The notes: generated from the letters alone by a model not told the origin. Shown: positions 8,474 through 17,864, counted from the first letter of the stretch. The stretch is DNA of 32,000 nucleotides from Acaryochloris thomasi RCC1774 (GCF_003231495.1 NZ_PQWO01000022.1:26163-58162); one strand, 5' to 3'. Program-made: numbers and translations.

Positions 8474-10605
8474 GTCTGCTGCTTCTGCAGTTGCTCTGCA
8501 ATCGCAGGATTGTACAGCCGTAGATAATTCCAGTAATTCTCTAAAACGACTTTGACGTAGGTGTTGGTCTCTGGGAACGGAATCGCTTCGATAAACTCAT
8601 CTGCGCTGGTGTTAGGGCGCTCTCGTAGCCATTTGGCGACATTGCCGGGGCCAGCGTTGTAACTTGCGATCGCAAGCATCGAATTTTGGTCATAGAGCTG
8701 ATGGGTATAGTCAAAATAGGCCGTTCCCAGGTTGATATTGTCATCAACATCGGTGATTTCATAGTTCTGCAGCCCAATCTGCTGAGCAGTCTGCTCTGCC
8801 GTTGAAGGCAGCACCTGCATCAGCCCCATCGCTCCCGCCACCGACCGGATCTCTGGCTGAAAGCGAGATTCTTGGCGAATGAGTCCCAAAACCATGAGCG
8901 AATTAAGGTTGCGTTGTTTCGCCCACTTAGAGACTTCAGGGAAGTAAGCCAGGGGATAGAGCGCCTGCCAAAACCTCGAATCCTGCCGCCATTGTTGATA
9001 GAGATCGTTCTGCTCCGGTTCTTCCTGCGCCCGATAGTACAGATTGAGGATCATAAACATGCCCCTCAGATAGTCCCCCGCTTCCACCCGCAGGATCCCG
9101 TCAGTGAGCTGTGCTTCAAAAGAACGCTGATCGCGATCTTTAAATTCCCACTGCCAGCGTTCGTAGGCCGTCTGCGATTGGCCCAGCTGATATAGCTCCT
9201 GCAGAGCTGGGGAACCATTCGGGAGCGGGAGTTTAGAGGGCGGTCGATTGACCCTCGGCTGCACAGACCGAACCGTGCTGAAATCTCCCACCTTCCAGCC
9301 TGCTAGCGATGCGGTACGCCACGTGTAATAGGATTCAGGATGATTTTTCCAAAGGGACTGTGACGCCTCTTTCATAGCATCGGGCTGCTGCAGCCGTTCG
9401 CCCCATTTCCCCGCCCAGAAGGTTGCCGGGGCCGCAAGTTCGCTTTCAGAATTCTCCTTTTGCACCTGCAGTGCCCAGTTACGAGCGGCCTTGAGATTCT
9501 TCGCCTCAGCCAGTTTTTGAGCCGCGTCCCACCGGAATTCTGCGGCGGCTTCGGTCTGACCATAATCTTTGAGTAACTGCTCCTGGACCTTCGCAGCCTT
9601 AGGACTCTGCTGCTCTTTCAACACTCGATGTTTGGCGAGCAAGATTTGGCCAACTCGGTGCGTCTCTTTATTCGCGGTTGCCAGCTTCAAGGCTTGATCA
9701 AGCTGAGGCAGACCCGCAAATCCCCTCAACTCCCCTAGCTTGAGCAGGGCTGTTGCGGTTTCTTCGGCATCAGGGTAGTCAGCGATCATCTGTTTATAAG
9801 ATGCGATCGCACCTTCTTTTCCCCCCGACAACTGCAGGCTTCGCGCCGCTCGAAAAGCCGTTAGAGAATTTTGGGGCGACTGCTCGTAAGCTAAGGCTGC
9901 CTGCTTATAGACCTGTCGATCCCAGTAGCCAAAGGCAACCGCCTGCCAATCTTCTGGCTGGAGCTGGTCCTCAAACTCTGTGATCAGTCGCTGTAGATAG
10001 CGACCATAGTCAGGGTGCCAGTGACCATATTTTACGATCAGTACCCGCATCTTCACATCTGCAGGGTTAGCCTTGAGCCGCTCCACTGCAGTATCAATAG
10101 CCCGAGGATGACTGGGGAATTGCTCAATGATCTGATCTAAAAATTGTGGATCTTGCTGCCCTAAGGCAAACAGAGCCTCCGCTGCCGCCGGCTCCTCCGG
10201 CTGTTTGTCTAGAATCTTTTCCCAGATCTCCTGGGCTTTTTCGGTTTCATTAGCAAGGGTATGGGCCTTGGCCTGCAGAACACGCACCTCCCCCCTGAGT
10301 ACCGAATATTTTTTGTCTAATCCGTCCAGATATTCTAAGGCGGCTTCACCCTGCTGCTGCTCAATCAGATCGGTGGCGAGCAGGTACTTTGCCTGTCTCT
10401 TCTCTTTCTTAGATCCCCCTCGGGCAAGCTGCTTAAGCTGGTCGGCTCTAATTTCTGAGGGGAGAGAGGTGAGAGGCGAGATCGCATCACTAACGATCTG
10501 GCTAGTTTCCGATATCTGGCTAGGCGATTTTGCGGTGTCTTGGGTGCCACACCCAAGCAATAGAGACGTCCCTAGAACCAAGGAAAGGGTAAGGCGTTTA
10601 GACAT
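8470..10605 (-). CDS. Slt70-like soluble lytic murein transglycosylase; probable lipoprotein
   Basis: C-terminal SLT domain motifs: LIRQESRFQP, GLMQVLPSTA, SYNAGPGNV. The long helical (TPR/superhelical) N-terminal region is as in Slt70. The preferred start is ATG 10605, giving MSKRLTLSLVLGTSLLLGC with a lipobox. The tracked ORF extends to 10680. Confidence 0.85.
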   Translation of the reverse strand: MSKRLTLSLVLGTSLLLGCGTQDTAKSPSQISETSQIVSDAISPLTSLPSEIRADQLKQLARGGSKKEKRQAKYLLATDLIEQQQGEAALEYLDGLDKKYSVLRGEVRVLQAKAHTLANETEKAQEIWEKILDKQPEEPAAAEALFALGQQDPQFLDQIIEQFPSHPRAIDTAVERLKANPADVKMRVLIVKYGHWHPDYGRYLQRLITEFEDQLQPEDWQAVAFGYWDRQVYKQAALAYEQSPQNSLTAFRAARSLQLSGGKEGAIASYKQMIADYPDAEETATALLKLGELRGFAGLPQLDQALKLATANKETHRVGQILLAKHRVLKEQQSPKAAKVQEQLLKDYGQTEAAAEFRWDAAQKLAEAKNLKAARNWALQVQKENSESELAAPATFWAGKWGERLQQPDAMKEASQSLWKNHPESYYTWRTASLAGWKVGDFSTVRSVQPRVNRPPSKLPLPNGSPALQELYQLGQSQTAYERWQWEFKDRDQRSFEAQLTDGILRVEAGDYLRGMFMILNLYYRAQEEPEQNDLYQQWRQDSRFWQALYPLAYFPEVSKWAKQRNLNSLMVLGLIRQESRFQPEIRSVAGAMGLMQVLPSTAEQTAQQIGLQNYEITDVDDNINLGTAYFDYTHQLYDQNSMLAIASYNAGPGNVAKWLRERPNTSADEFIEAIPFPETNTYVKVVLENYWNYLRLYNPAIAEQLQKQQT

Positions 10606-10742
10606 AGGAAGCTTCGAGTGGGACATAACTGCCGTTGATCTTTTGACTACATAGGCAGCAAGGTTCTGCAGTTTTACCACATTGAGGTGCCTGCCCCGTG
10701 ATCATTGATGCATGACCCATCACATTCGAGGCAATCTCTTAC

Positions 10743-10958
10743 CTAATCATTCTCACTAGCCGACTCAAATTCACCCGCCGAATCAAAGGTCTCGTGGCAA
10801 GACTCCCATGCTTGATGCATCGCCTGCAGTGCCACCGCTAAAGGAACTTGCTGAAGCGTCTGGCCATAGCTCTGATTCAATTCAGAGACCAGCCCCTGAA
10901 AAATATCTGAATCTAGGTAGAGCCCCAGACACAACTGACTCCTAGGATCCATCCCCAT
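10743..10958 (-). CDS. Small acidic hypothetical protein (71 aa)
   Basis: This is an ORF only. It lies directly upstream of the transglycosylase gene on the same strand. I recognise no motif. Confidence 0.35.
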   Translation of the reverse strand: MGMDPRSQLCLGLYLDSDIFQGLVSELNQSYGQTLQQVPLAVALQAMHQAWESCHETFDSAGEFESASEND

Positions 10959-11218
10959 ATACCCCCCTCATCAACTTGTTCTGACAACCTAAGCGATCCT
11001 TGATATAAGGATTGAAGGTCACCTACAACTGCCTTTCACTCACCACGGCTAACGCAGCTTAACCAACTGATAAGCCAACTTAGTTTGACATTTTAACTGA
11101 TTTTAGCGAGAAAAACGCCATTTCTCATTTATAACAACCAGATGCGCTCACCATTGTTTTTTCTCTGAGTAAGGCATCAGAATCCGGTGACAATTGAGGG
11201 CTGACGACGGTGAAAAGA

Positions 11219-12496
11219 CTAGAGTTGCTGACGCCCCAGATATGGCTGCAGAACATCTGGAATCTTAACGGTACCGTCGGGCTGCTGATAGTTTTCAAGG
11301 ATCGCCGCCATCGTTCTCCCCACAGCAAGTCCTGAGCCGTTCAGCGTGTGGATAAACTGAGTTCCCTTCTGCCCCGGTTCCTTGAACCGAATATTCCCGC
11401 GTCGAGCCTGAAAATCCAAGAAATTAGAGCAGCTAGAAATTTCACGATAGGTCTCTGCTGAGGGTAGCCAGACTTCTAGGTCGTAGCACTTGGCTGCTGA
11501 GAACCCAAGATCCCCAGTGCATAGTTCTAAAACACGATAGGGCAGCTTGAGGGCTTCCAAAATTGCGGCCGCGTCCTGCAGCAGCTTTTCATGTTCCTCA
11601 GCAGAGGTCGCTGGATGCACAAACTTCACCAGCTCCACCTTATTAAACTGATGCAGGCGAATCAGACCGCGCGTATCGCGTCCGTAGCTGCCGGCCTCTC
11701 GACGAAAACAGGGGGTGTAGGCGCAGTGAGCGATCGGTAGCTGATCCGTCGTCAAGATCTCATCTCGGTAGAGATTCGTGACCGGAACTTCGGCAGTGGG
11801 GGTTAGCCAGAGGTCATCGTCTTCACACTTGAAGCTATCCTCGGCAAACTTGGGGAGCTGCCCTGTCGCGGTTAGGGACGCACTATTAACCAAAAACGGC
11901 GGAATAACCTCGGTGTAGCCTGCCTCGATCTGCCGGTCGAGCATGAACTGGATTAGCGCTCGCTCTAAAGCTGCACCTGATCCCACCAGCGTTACAAAGC
12001 GGCTTTGGGCCACCTTTACCGAGCGTCCAAAGTTTAAAATGCCAAGCTGCTCACCAATTTCCCAGTGGGGCAGCAGTTCTTGGGTCGCTGGAATATATTC
12101 GTCGCCCCAGCGTTTGATCTCAACGTTCTCGGTTTCATTCTCACCGACGGGCGTGCTGTCGCTGGGCAGGTTCGGAATCGTGAGGATGAACTGTTCGATC
12201 TTTTCTTTAAGATCGCGCTCTTGCGGCTCTAGGTCATTGAGCGTGTTTTTGACCTGACTTCCTTCATCTCTGAGTGCTTTAATTTCAGAGCCTTTGGGAT
12301 CTGCTCCCCCCTTGATCTGCTGACCGATGGCTTTGCCGATTTCATTGCTGCGGGCCTGGAGTTGCGATCGCTCTGTTTCTAACCCTCTCTGCTTCTGATC
12401 TAGATCGAGCAAAGACTGCAGATCGTAGTCTCCACGGCGGCTAAGACGCGCCTTGAATGCTTCTGGATTTTCCCGTAGCTGTTTAAGATCAATCAC
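11219..12496 (-). CDS. serS: Seryl-tRNA synthetase
   Basis: N-terminal coiled-coil arm ([12 protein letters not shown]...) and class II core with [23 protein letters not shown] and [21 protein letters not shown]. The 425 aa length fits. Confidence 0.97.
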   Translation of the reverse strand: MIDLKQLRENPEAFKARLSRRGDYDLQSLLDLDQKQRGLETERSQLQARSNEIGKAIGQQIKGGADPKGSEIKALRDEGSQVKNTLNDLEPQERDLKEKIEQFILTIPNLPSDSTPVGENETENVEIKRWGDEYIPATQELLPHWEIGEQLGILNFGRSVKVAQSRFVTLVGSGAALERALIQFMLDRQIEAGYTEVIPPFLVNSASLTATGQLPKFAEDSFKCEDDDLWLTPTAEVPVTNLYRDEILTTDQLPIAHCAYTPCFRREAGSYGRDTRGLIRLHQFNKVELVKFVHPATSAEEHEKLLQDAAAILEALKLPYRVLELCTGDLGFSAAKCYDLEVWLPSAETYREISSCSNFLDFQARRGNIRFKEPGQKGTQFIHTLNGSGLAVGRTMAAILENYQQPDGTVKIPDVLQPYLGRQQL

Positions 12497-12592
12497 GCTT
12501 CTAAATCAGGACCAACAATGAATCTTTTACATGCGACCCTATGCTTCAATCTTCAGTCTTCAGCTTTGAGGGAAAACTAAAGATCTTGAAGT

Positions 12593-12617
12593 CCCCCAAA
12601 TTGGGGGATTTAGGGGG
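12593..12617. repeat. C5/G5 stem-loop element, CCCCCAAATTGGGGGATTTAGGGGG
   Basis: C5 (12593-12597) can pair with either of two G5 runs (12603-12607 or 12613-12617). It forms part of a composite motif that recurs at 13225-13279 (see findings). Confidence 0.4.
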
Positions 12618-12714
12618 CTAGCGCAAAATCTAAGCCATTCATGCAGAAAGTCTAGTGTACTAGGATATCTCGGATGATCCGTCTCAGACAGAATCTCACT
12701 TATAAATCCGGGGT

Positions 12715-13191
12715 TCAGTCAGACTCAAGCCACATCCAGTCAGAGAACTTAGCCGCCTGCCCACAGCGATCGCCCGCTTCATCTAGCACATCCCAAATCG
12801 TGGCGTTCTCAATCAAGAAACGTCGACCGGTGCGAGTGATTCGAATCCCTCGATAATTTTCAATGCAGCCAGCGGCGGTGGCCTGCGTCAATTGCTGAGC
12901 CCGAGCCTGACGCTCCGTGGGTTCTGCCGTTAATCGAGAAGGCATCCGTGTGAGCTGCTCCCAGTCCGTCTGCCAAAGGTCCAGCGCGGCTTGATTGCCG
13001 TAGTTCAAAATCGGATCGGCCTCCAGGCCGTGAGAAAGCAAAACAAAAGGAGCTACAAACATTTGGTGGGCCATTGCTGTAGCCTCTGCCGCTGGCACCA
13101 GTTGGCCTCCAGTCCAGTGATGAAAACTATGGGCCAAGCGCTGACTGTGGTAAACGACAGATGGTCGTTGCCAAGGTGGGTGGATATCCAT
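12715..13191 (-). CDS. Stand-alone MEKHLA (PAS-like) domain protein
   Basis: A 158-aa protein with ...FVLLSHG...DPILNYGNQAALDLWQTDWEQLTRMPSRLTAEP...RQ...GCIENYRGIRITRTGRRFLIENATIWDV. This matches my recollection of the MEKHLA domain shared by cyanobacteria and plant HD-ZIP III proteins. Confidence 0.7.
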   Translation of the reverse strand: MDIHPPWQRPSVVYHSQRLAHSFHHWTGGQLVPAAEATAMAHQMFVAPFVLLSHGLEADPILNYGNQAALDLWQTDWEQLTRMPSRLTAEPTERQARAQQLTQATAAGCIENYRGIRITRTGRRFLIENATIWDVLDEAGDRCGQAAKFSDWMWLESD

Positions 13192-13394
13192 GGATGCGAG
13201 TTATAACATACCGTTACAAACTATCCCCCCCTAAGGGATTTAGATTACGTCGGAGGGTGGGGAATCTAGTACGCTAGGAGAAAGACCTCTGAGCATTTAT
13301 GCCACTCCGCTGGGATAGGGGGTTATTTCTGAGAGTGAAACAATGCAGACGCGGCATCGATGGCGGCGGCTGTATTGGATAAAAGGGCACATTC

Positions 13395-15332
13395 ATGATT
13401 ATTGCCACTTCCGTACTCCAAATGCTGCTGGATGCTCAGCCCCAGCTTCGGCCACAAATTTACTTTAAATCTTCTTTGACCGCCTTGTCTCACGCCATGG
13501 AAGACCAGGTGCTTGCCAGTACCGATGACTTCCCTCTAGTGATTGCTTGTTTTCAGCGGGAGCGGTACTACCGTCAAGAAGCCCATCGCTACCTACGAAT
13601 TGCTCAACGTTCGAAGCAGGTGTACGTGCTGGCGGCTCCAGATACGGAGTTCAAGAATGCTTCTGGCCCTTATGAGTCCATCGCTTTTGAGCCTGAGGAT
13701 GGCTTAAGCCAAGAATGGCATTTGGTGGTAGTTGGTCAGCAATATGCAATTTCTCTGCTGTGTCGAGAATTGCCAACGGTCGATGATCCGAAGCTCTCTT
13801 CCATGGATCAGGCGCGTCGCTTTGAGGGAATCTGGACGTTCGATCGCCAAGTAACCTGTCAGGCAGCTCAACTGATGCTGGAGCGCATTAGCCACTATCG
13901 GCCCAAGTTAAAGTCCAAAATCAAGCAGGCTCTTGCTCAGTTAGATGGAGAGACTGACAACGGCTTCAATAACATTGATCCGGCTCCCTTTGCCGATCGG
14001 CTCGTCACCTATTTACAGGCAGGGCAGTATCGACAGCAAAAGGCCTATCGCCAAATTGCGACTCAAGAACGCAAAGAGCGGTTGGTGAACTCCATGACCA
14101 CAACGATTCGCCGCTCCCTAAACTCTGAGCAGGTCTTGCAGGCGGCGGTACAGGAGTTAGGAACTGCACTCAACAGTCACCGCTGCATTATCTATCAGTG
14201 TCAAGAGCAGGATGAGGAAGCCCAGGTTCAGTATGAGTTCACGGGGCCAAAGCAGGTGTCTTTGCTGTCCCAGGCTTGGTCTCTGCAACATAACCCGTGG
14301 TTTCAGACGGTGGCTGAGCGTCAAGAGCGGGTCTACGTTGAAGATGTGCCCTCTCATTTATCTAAGAATAAGTTCCTCAAGGCTCAGATGAAGCAGGCTC
14401 AGCTGCGATCTTTATTGATGGTGCCGGTGCTCTATCAAGGACATTTGCTGGGTATGGTGGAACTCCATCATGCAGAGATCTATACCTGGAGTGAGTCGGA
14501 AATCTCGATGGTAGATGCGATCGCATCTCAAGTCGGCGTTGCCCTAATTCAGTCCCAATCCTTCACCGACCTCGAGACCCTCAACCAGCAGCTAGAGGGA
14601 CTCGAACGCACACGCAGCAACCTAATCGCCATTACCGGCCATGAACTAAGGACACCGCTTTCTACCATTCAAGTGTGTTTAGAGAGCCTTGCCAACGAAC
14701 CCGACATGCCGGACGAGCTGCAGCAGGTGATGCTGAGTACAGCCCTGTCCGACGCCGAACGGATGCGCAAGCTGATCCAAGACTTTCTGACCCTATCTCG
14801 CCTAGAGAGTGGCCGCGTCAACTCGAACCCCGAACCTCTAGCACTGCAAGAGTGCATCGACTTAGCCCTCAGCCGTGTGCGGACGCATCCTACAGAGACA
14901 AGGTCCCCTACCATTGCAGTCGAACTCCCTACCGACTTGCCCCTCGTGAAGGCCGACGGCGAATGGCTCGTAGAAGTGCTCGCCAAGCTCCTAGACAACG
15001 CTCGCAAGTTCACCCCTGCCGAGGGACAGATCACTCTGGCTGCTGAGCCACTCACGGAGCAAATGTTAGAGGTAAGCGTTACCGATACCGGACGAGGGAT
15101 AGAAGCTGACCGATTGGAAACCGTATTTGATCGTTTTTACCAAGAAGAAGGTGCATTGAGGCGCACGACTGGTGGAACAGGCTTAGGGCTGGCAATTTGT
15201 CGGCAAATTGTTCAGAATCTAGGCGGCGAGATTCGTGCCACATCTCCAGGCAAAGATCTGGGCAGCACCTTCTATTTCACACTCCCGATTGCATTGGGAG
15301 CGCCATCGAAGGTCACCAAACGTCGTCGTTGA
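13395..15332 (+). CDS. Cytoplasmic sensor histidine kinase: N-terminal DICT-like domain, GAF, HisKA, HATPase_c
   Basis: H-box ITGHELRTPL. N box LAKLLDNARKF. G boxes DTGRGI and GGTGLGLAICRQIV. The central region is GAF-like (...RCIIYQ...LLMVPVLYQGHLLGMVELHH...). The N-terminal ~180 aa resemble DICT (from memory). There are no TM helices. Confidence 0.9.
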   Translation: MIIATSVLQMLLDAQPQLRPQIYFKSSLTALSHAMEDQVLASTDDFPLVIACFQRERYYRQEAHRYLRIAQRSKQVYVLAAPDTEFKNASGPYESIAFEPEDGLSQEWHLVVVGQQYAISLLCRELPTVDDPKLSSMDQARRFEGIWTFDRQVTCQAAQLMLERISHYRPKLKSKIKQALAQLDGETDNGFNNIDPAPFADRLVTYLQAGQYRQQKAYRQIATQERKERLVNSMTTTIRRSLNSEQVLQAAVQELGTALNSHRCIIYQCQEQDEEAQVQYEFTGPKQVSLLSQAWSLQHNPWFQTVAERQERVYVEDVPSHLSKNKFLKAQMKQAQLRSLLMVPVLYQGHLLGMVELHHAEIYTWSESEISMVDAIASQVGVALIQSQSFTDLETLNQQLEGLERTRSNLIAITGHELRTPLSTIQVCLESLANEPDMPDELQQVMLSTALSDAERMRKLIQDFLTLSRLESGRVNSNPEPLALQECIDLALSRVRTHPTETRSPTIAVELPTDLPLVKADGEWLVEVLAKLLDNARKFTPAEGQITLAAEPLTEQMLEVSVTDTGRGIEADRLETVFDRFYQEEGALRRTTGGTGLGLAICRQIVQNLGGEIRATSPGKDLGSTFYFTLPIALGAPSKVTKRRR

Positions 15333-15354
15333 CCCAAAGACCACCTGAAGAACT

Positions 15355-15372
15355 GTTACAGTTCCTCACAAA
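15355..15372 (+). promoter_or_regulatory. HLR1-like direct repeat (candidate RpaB site) upstream of psaD
   Basis: GTTACAGT tc CTCACAAA matches 13 of 16 positions of (G/T)TTACA(T/A)(T/A)-N2-(G/T)TTACA(T/A)(T/A). It lies 93-110 nt upstream of the psaD ATG. Confidence 0.3.
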
Positions 15373-15464
15373 CTTGATAAAACTGCACATTGGCGATGAT
15401 ACGATCCCCGTAGTTATCAAGACTTTGGTACCCCGAACAAGACCATAATTGGGAGAAAAAATTA

Positions 15465-15884
15465 ATGGCAGAAACACTGACTGGACAAACGCCTTTGTTC
15501 GGTGGCAGCACAGGTGGCTTGCTGTCGATGGCTGACACAGAAGAGAAATATGCCATCACTTGGACAAGCCCTGAGGAGAACGTTTTCGAGATGCCCACTG
15601 GCGGATCGGCAACCATGCACTCCGGTGAGAATTTGCTGTATTTAGCCCGCAAAGAGCAGTGCCTTGCCCTTGCCTATCGTCAGCTCCGCGCCCAAAAGAT
15701 CAAGGACTATAAGATTTACCGGGTGCTACCCGGCGGCGAGACCTCTCTTCTCCATCCCTCAGATGGTACTGCCCCTGAGAAGTCTACCGAAGGCCGAGCG
15801 CAGGTTGGCAAGGTTGACCGCAAGATTGGCGACAATCCTAACCCGGCTTCCATTAAGTGGTCAGACAAAGAAGCCTACGATTAA
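15465..15884 (+). CDS. psaD: Photosystem I reaction centre subunit II (PsaD)
   Basis: [10 protein letters not shown]...[10 protein letters not shown]...[30 protein letters not shown]...IKDYKIYRV is near-identical in pattern to known cyanobacterial PsaD. Confidence 0.97.
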   Translation: MAETLTGQTPLFGGSTGGLLSMADTEEKYAITWTSPEENVFEMPTGGSATMHSGENLLYLARKEQCLALAYRQLRAQKIKDYKIYRVLPGGETSLLHPSDGTAPEKSTEGRAQVGKVDRKIGDNPNPASIKWSDKEAYD

Positions 15885-15933
15885 TTCGAGTCGGCTACTG
15901 CCGCATCTTCACTTAGCCATTCGCTAAGCTTTT

Positions 15934-15964
15934 AACTTGAGCCTCCTTGGGGCTCAAGTTTTTT
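15934..15964 (+). terminator. Intrinsic terminator of psaD
   Basis: Perfect 10-bp stem AACTTGAGCC (15934-15943) / GGCTCAAGTT (15951-15960), 7-nt loop, then a T6 run (15959-15964). Confidence 0.8.
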
Positions 15965-15972
15965 CAGTACCT

Positions 15973-17520
15973 ATGGGGGTCGAGTTCATGATTTTCCCTG
16001 ACTTTTCACAGTTTGAGACCCTGGCTCAGCAGGGTAATTTTGTTCCCGTTTATCGAGAGTGGGTCGCAGATTTAGACACCCCCGTCTCTGCCTGGTACCG
16101 TGTTTGTGCCGATGCACCCTACAGCTTTTTGCTAGAGTCCGTAGAGGGCGGAGAGCATTTAGCCCGCTACAGTTTTTTAGGCTGCGATCCTCTATGGGTA
16201 CTTGAGACCCGCGGCGATCAAAGTACGCAGCTCCATCGTCAGGGCACTCAGGAGACCTTCGCCGGCAACCCTCTAGACGTCCTTGCCAATTGTCTAGCTC
16301 CCTACAAACCTGTAACGCTGCCTGAGCTACCGCCGGGGATTGGTGGACTGTTTGGGTTCTGGGGCTATGAGATGATCCGCTGGATGGAGCCGCGCGTGCC
16401 GATCCACCCGGCTCAGGAGACCGATCTTCCAGACGGCGTCTGGATGCAGGTGGACCAGCTCCTAATTTTTGATCAGGTGAAGCGCAAGATCTGGGCAGTC
16501 GCCTATGCCGACCTGCGAGGCGCAGAAAATCTCAAGGAAGCGTATTCGAAGGCTTGCGATCGCGTCAATCAACTCGTCAAAAAGCTACAAACCCCTCTAG
16601 ACCGTCAATCTATAGAGCTGCTGCATAAAACACCCCAGAACCTAACAGCGCCCCACTACACCAGTAATGTCACCCGAGATCAATTCTGCCAGCAGGTCGA
16701 GCGGGCGAAGGACTACATCAAAGCTGGCGATATCTTTCAGGTGGTTCTATCTCAGCGCCTCACCATTGACTATGCAGGCGATCCCTTCAACCTCTATCGC
16801 TCGCTGCGATTAGTTAATCCATCCCCCTATATGTCTTACTTTCAGTTCAAAGACTGGCAAATCATTGGCTCCAGTCCTGAAGTGATGGTTAAGGCCGAAC
16901 ATTTAGGCGACTCGGATGGATCGTTGCAGGCCACCGTGCGGCCCATTGCAGGCACCCGACCTCGGGGCAAAACAGTGCAGCAAGATCGGGCTTTTGAACA
17001 AGATCTGCTGCAGGATCCAAAAGAAATTGCTGAACATGTCATGCTTGTAGACCTAGGGCGTAATGATCTGGGGCGCGTCTGCGTCAAGGGCAGTGTTCGC
17101 GTCAGCGACCAGCAAATGATGGTAATCGAGCGTTATTCTCACGTCATGCACATTGTCAGCAATGTCATAGGCCAGCTCGACCCATCCAAAACAGCCTGGG
17201 AACTGCTTAAGGCATGCTTTCCCGCAGGCACCGTCAGCGGAGCACCCAAAATTCGAGCAATGGAGATTATTCACGAACTCGAAGGCTGTCGTCGCGGACC
17301 CTACTCCGGCATCTATGGATATTACGACTTTGAAGGGCAATTAAATACTGCGATCGCGATTCGGACCATGGTTGTGAGAGGAAACAATCCCCATCACGTT
17401 ACCGTACAGGCAGGCGCAGGACTGGTTGCCGACTCAGACCCCAATCGTGAGTATGAAGAAACCCTCAACAAAGCAAATGGCCTGCTAGAGGCCATCAATA
17501 TCCTGAGTTCTCAAAGATAA
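15973..17520 (+). CDS. trpE: Anthranilate synthase component I
   Basis: LESVEGGEHLARYSF, IKAGDIFQVVLSQR, NPSPYM, PIAGTRPRG, ...GAPKIRAMEIIHELE, and a GAGLVADSDP tail. I prefer the start at ATG 15973 or 15988, because the tracked TTG at 15937 would run through the psaD terminator. Confidence 0.95.
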   Translation: MGVEFMIFPDFSQFETLAQQGNFVPVYREWVADLDTPVSAWYRVCADAPYSFLLESVEGGEHLARYSFLGCDPLWVLETRGDQSTQLHRQGTQETFAGNPLDVLANCLAPYKPVTLPELPPGIGGLFGFWGYEMIRWMEPRVPIHPAQETDLPDGVWMQVDQLLIFDQVKRKIWAVAYADLRGAENLKEAYSKACDRVNQLVKKLQTPLDRQSIELLHKTPQNLTAPHYTSNVTRDQFCQQVERAKDYIKAGDIFQVVLSQRLTIDYAGDPFNLYRSLRLVNPSPYMSYFQFKDWQIIGSSPEVMVKAEHLGDSDGSLQATVRPIAGTRPRGKTVQQDRAFEQDLLQDPKEIAEHVMLVDLGRNDLGRVCVKGSVRVSDQQMMVIERYSHVMHIVSNVIGQLDPSKTAWELLKACFPAGTVSGAPKIRAMEIIHELEGCRRGPYSGIYGYYDFEGQLNTAIAIRTMVVRGNNPHHVTVQAGAGLVADSDPNREYEETLNKANGLLEAINILSSQR

Positions 17521-17543
17521 ACAGCATCACCTCGGACAAAATA

Positions 17544-17864
17544 ATGACCCACTATCAGGTTCGATTCCTAAATCCCGAACAAGGGATTGATCAGACCCTC
17601 ACCATCCCCGAAGATCAGTACATTCTAGACATTGCCGAAGACGCCAATCTGAGACTGCCCTCTGGGTGCCGCCAAGGAGACTGCTCCGCCTGCATTGCCA
17701 AGCTCATCAGCGGCAAAGTTAATCAAAGCGAACAAAAGTTTTTGAGCATTGAGGAGCAAGAGGCAGGATATACCGTAACCTGTGTGGCCTACCCCCAATC
17801 AGACTGCACCCTCGAAACCCACCAGGAGAAAGGACTGTATAGCTCAGCCCTCTACCAGTCATAG
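17544..17864 (+). CDS. Plant-type [2Fe-2S] ferredoxin, atypical variant
   Basis: Cluster ligands CRQGDCSACIAKL...TCVAY (C-x4-C-x2-C...C). The 106-aa protein has a short C-terminal extension. It starts 23 nt after trpE. Confidence 0.85.
   Translation: MTHYQVRFLNPEQGIDQTLTIPEDQYILDIAEDANLRLPSGCRQGDCSACIAKLISGKVNQSEQKFLSIEEQEAGYTVTCVAYPQSDCTLETHQEKGLYSSALYQS

Noticed and set aside
12838-12848. GATTCGAATCC, another T-loop-like string
   Set aside because: It lies inside the MEKHLA CDS. The flanking 5-mers GAGTG and CCCTC do not pair, and I could not build a cloverleaf.
14669-15055. Long overlapping ORFs in other frames inside the histidine kinase gene (128 aa on the minus strand, 123 aa on the plus strand)
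   Set aside because: The kinase frame carries unmistakable H/N/G-box motifs. The alternative-frame products are low-complexity and rich in Arg, Ser and Ala, as expected from stop-codon depletion in a locally GC-rich stretch.
15937-15972. The tracked N-terminal extension of trpE from TTG 15937
   Set aside because: It would translate through the psaD terminator hairpin. Conserved TrpE sequence begins near MIFPDFSQF, so ATG 15973 or 15988 is preferred.
17558-17568. A canonical tRNA T-loop-like string, GGTTCGATTCC
   Set aside because: It lies at the 5' end of the well-supported ferredoxin CDS. The flanking T-stem has a mismatch. No complementary acceptor-stem sequence occurs about 65 nt upstream.
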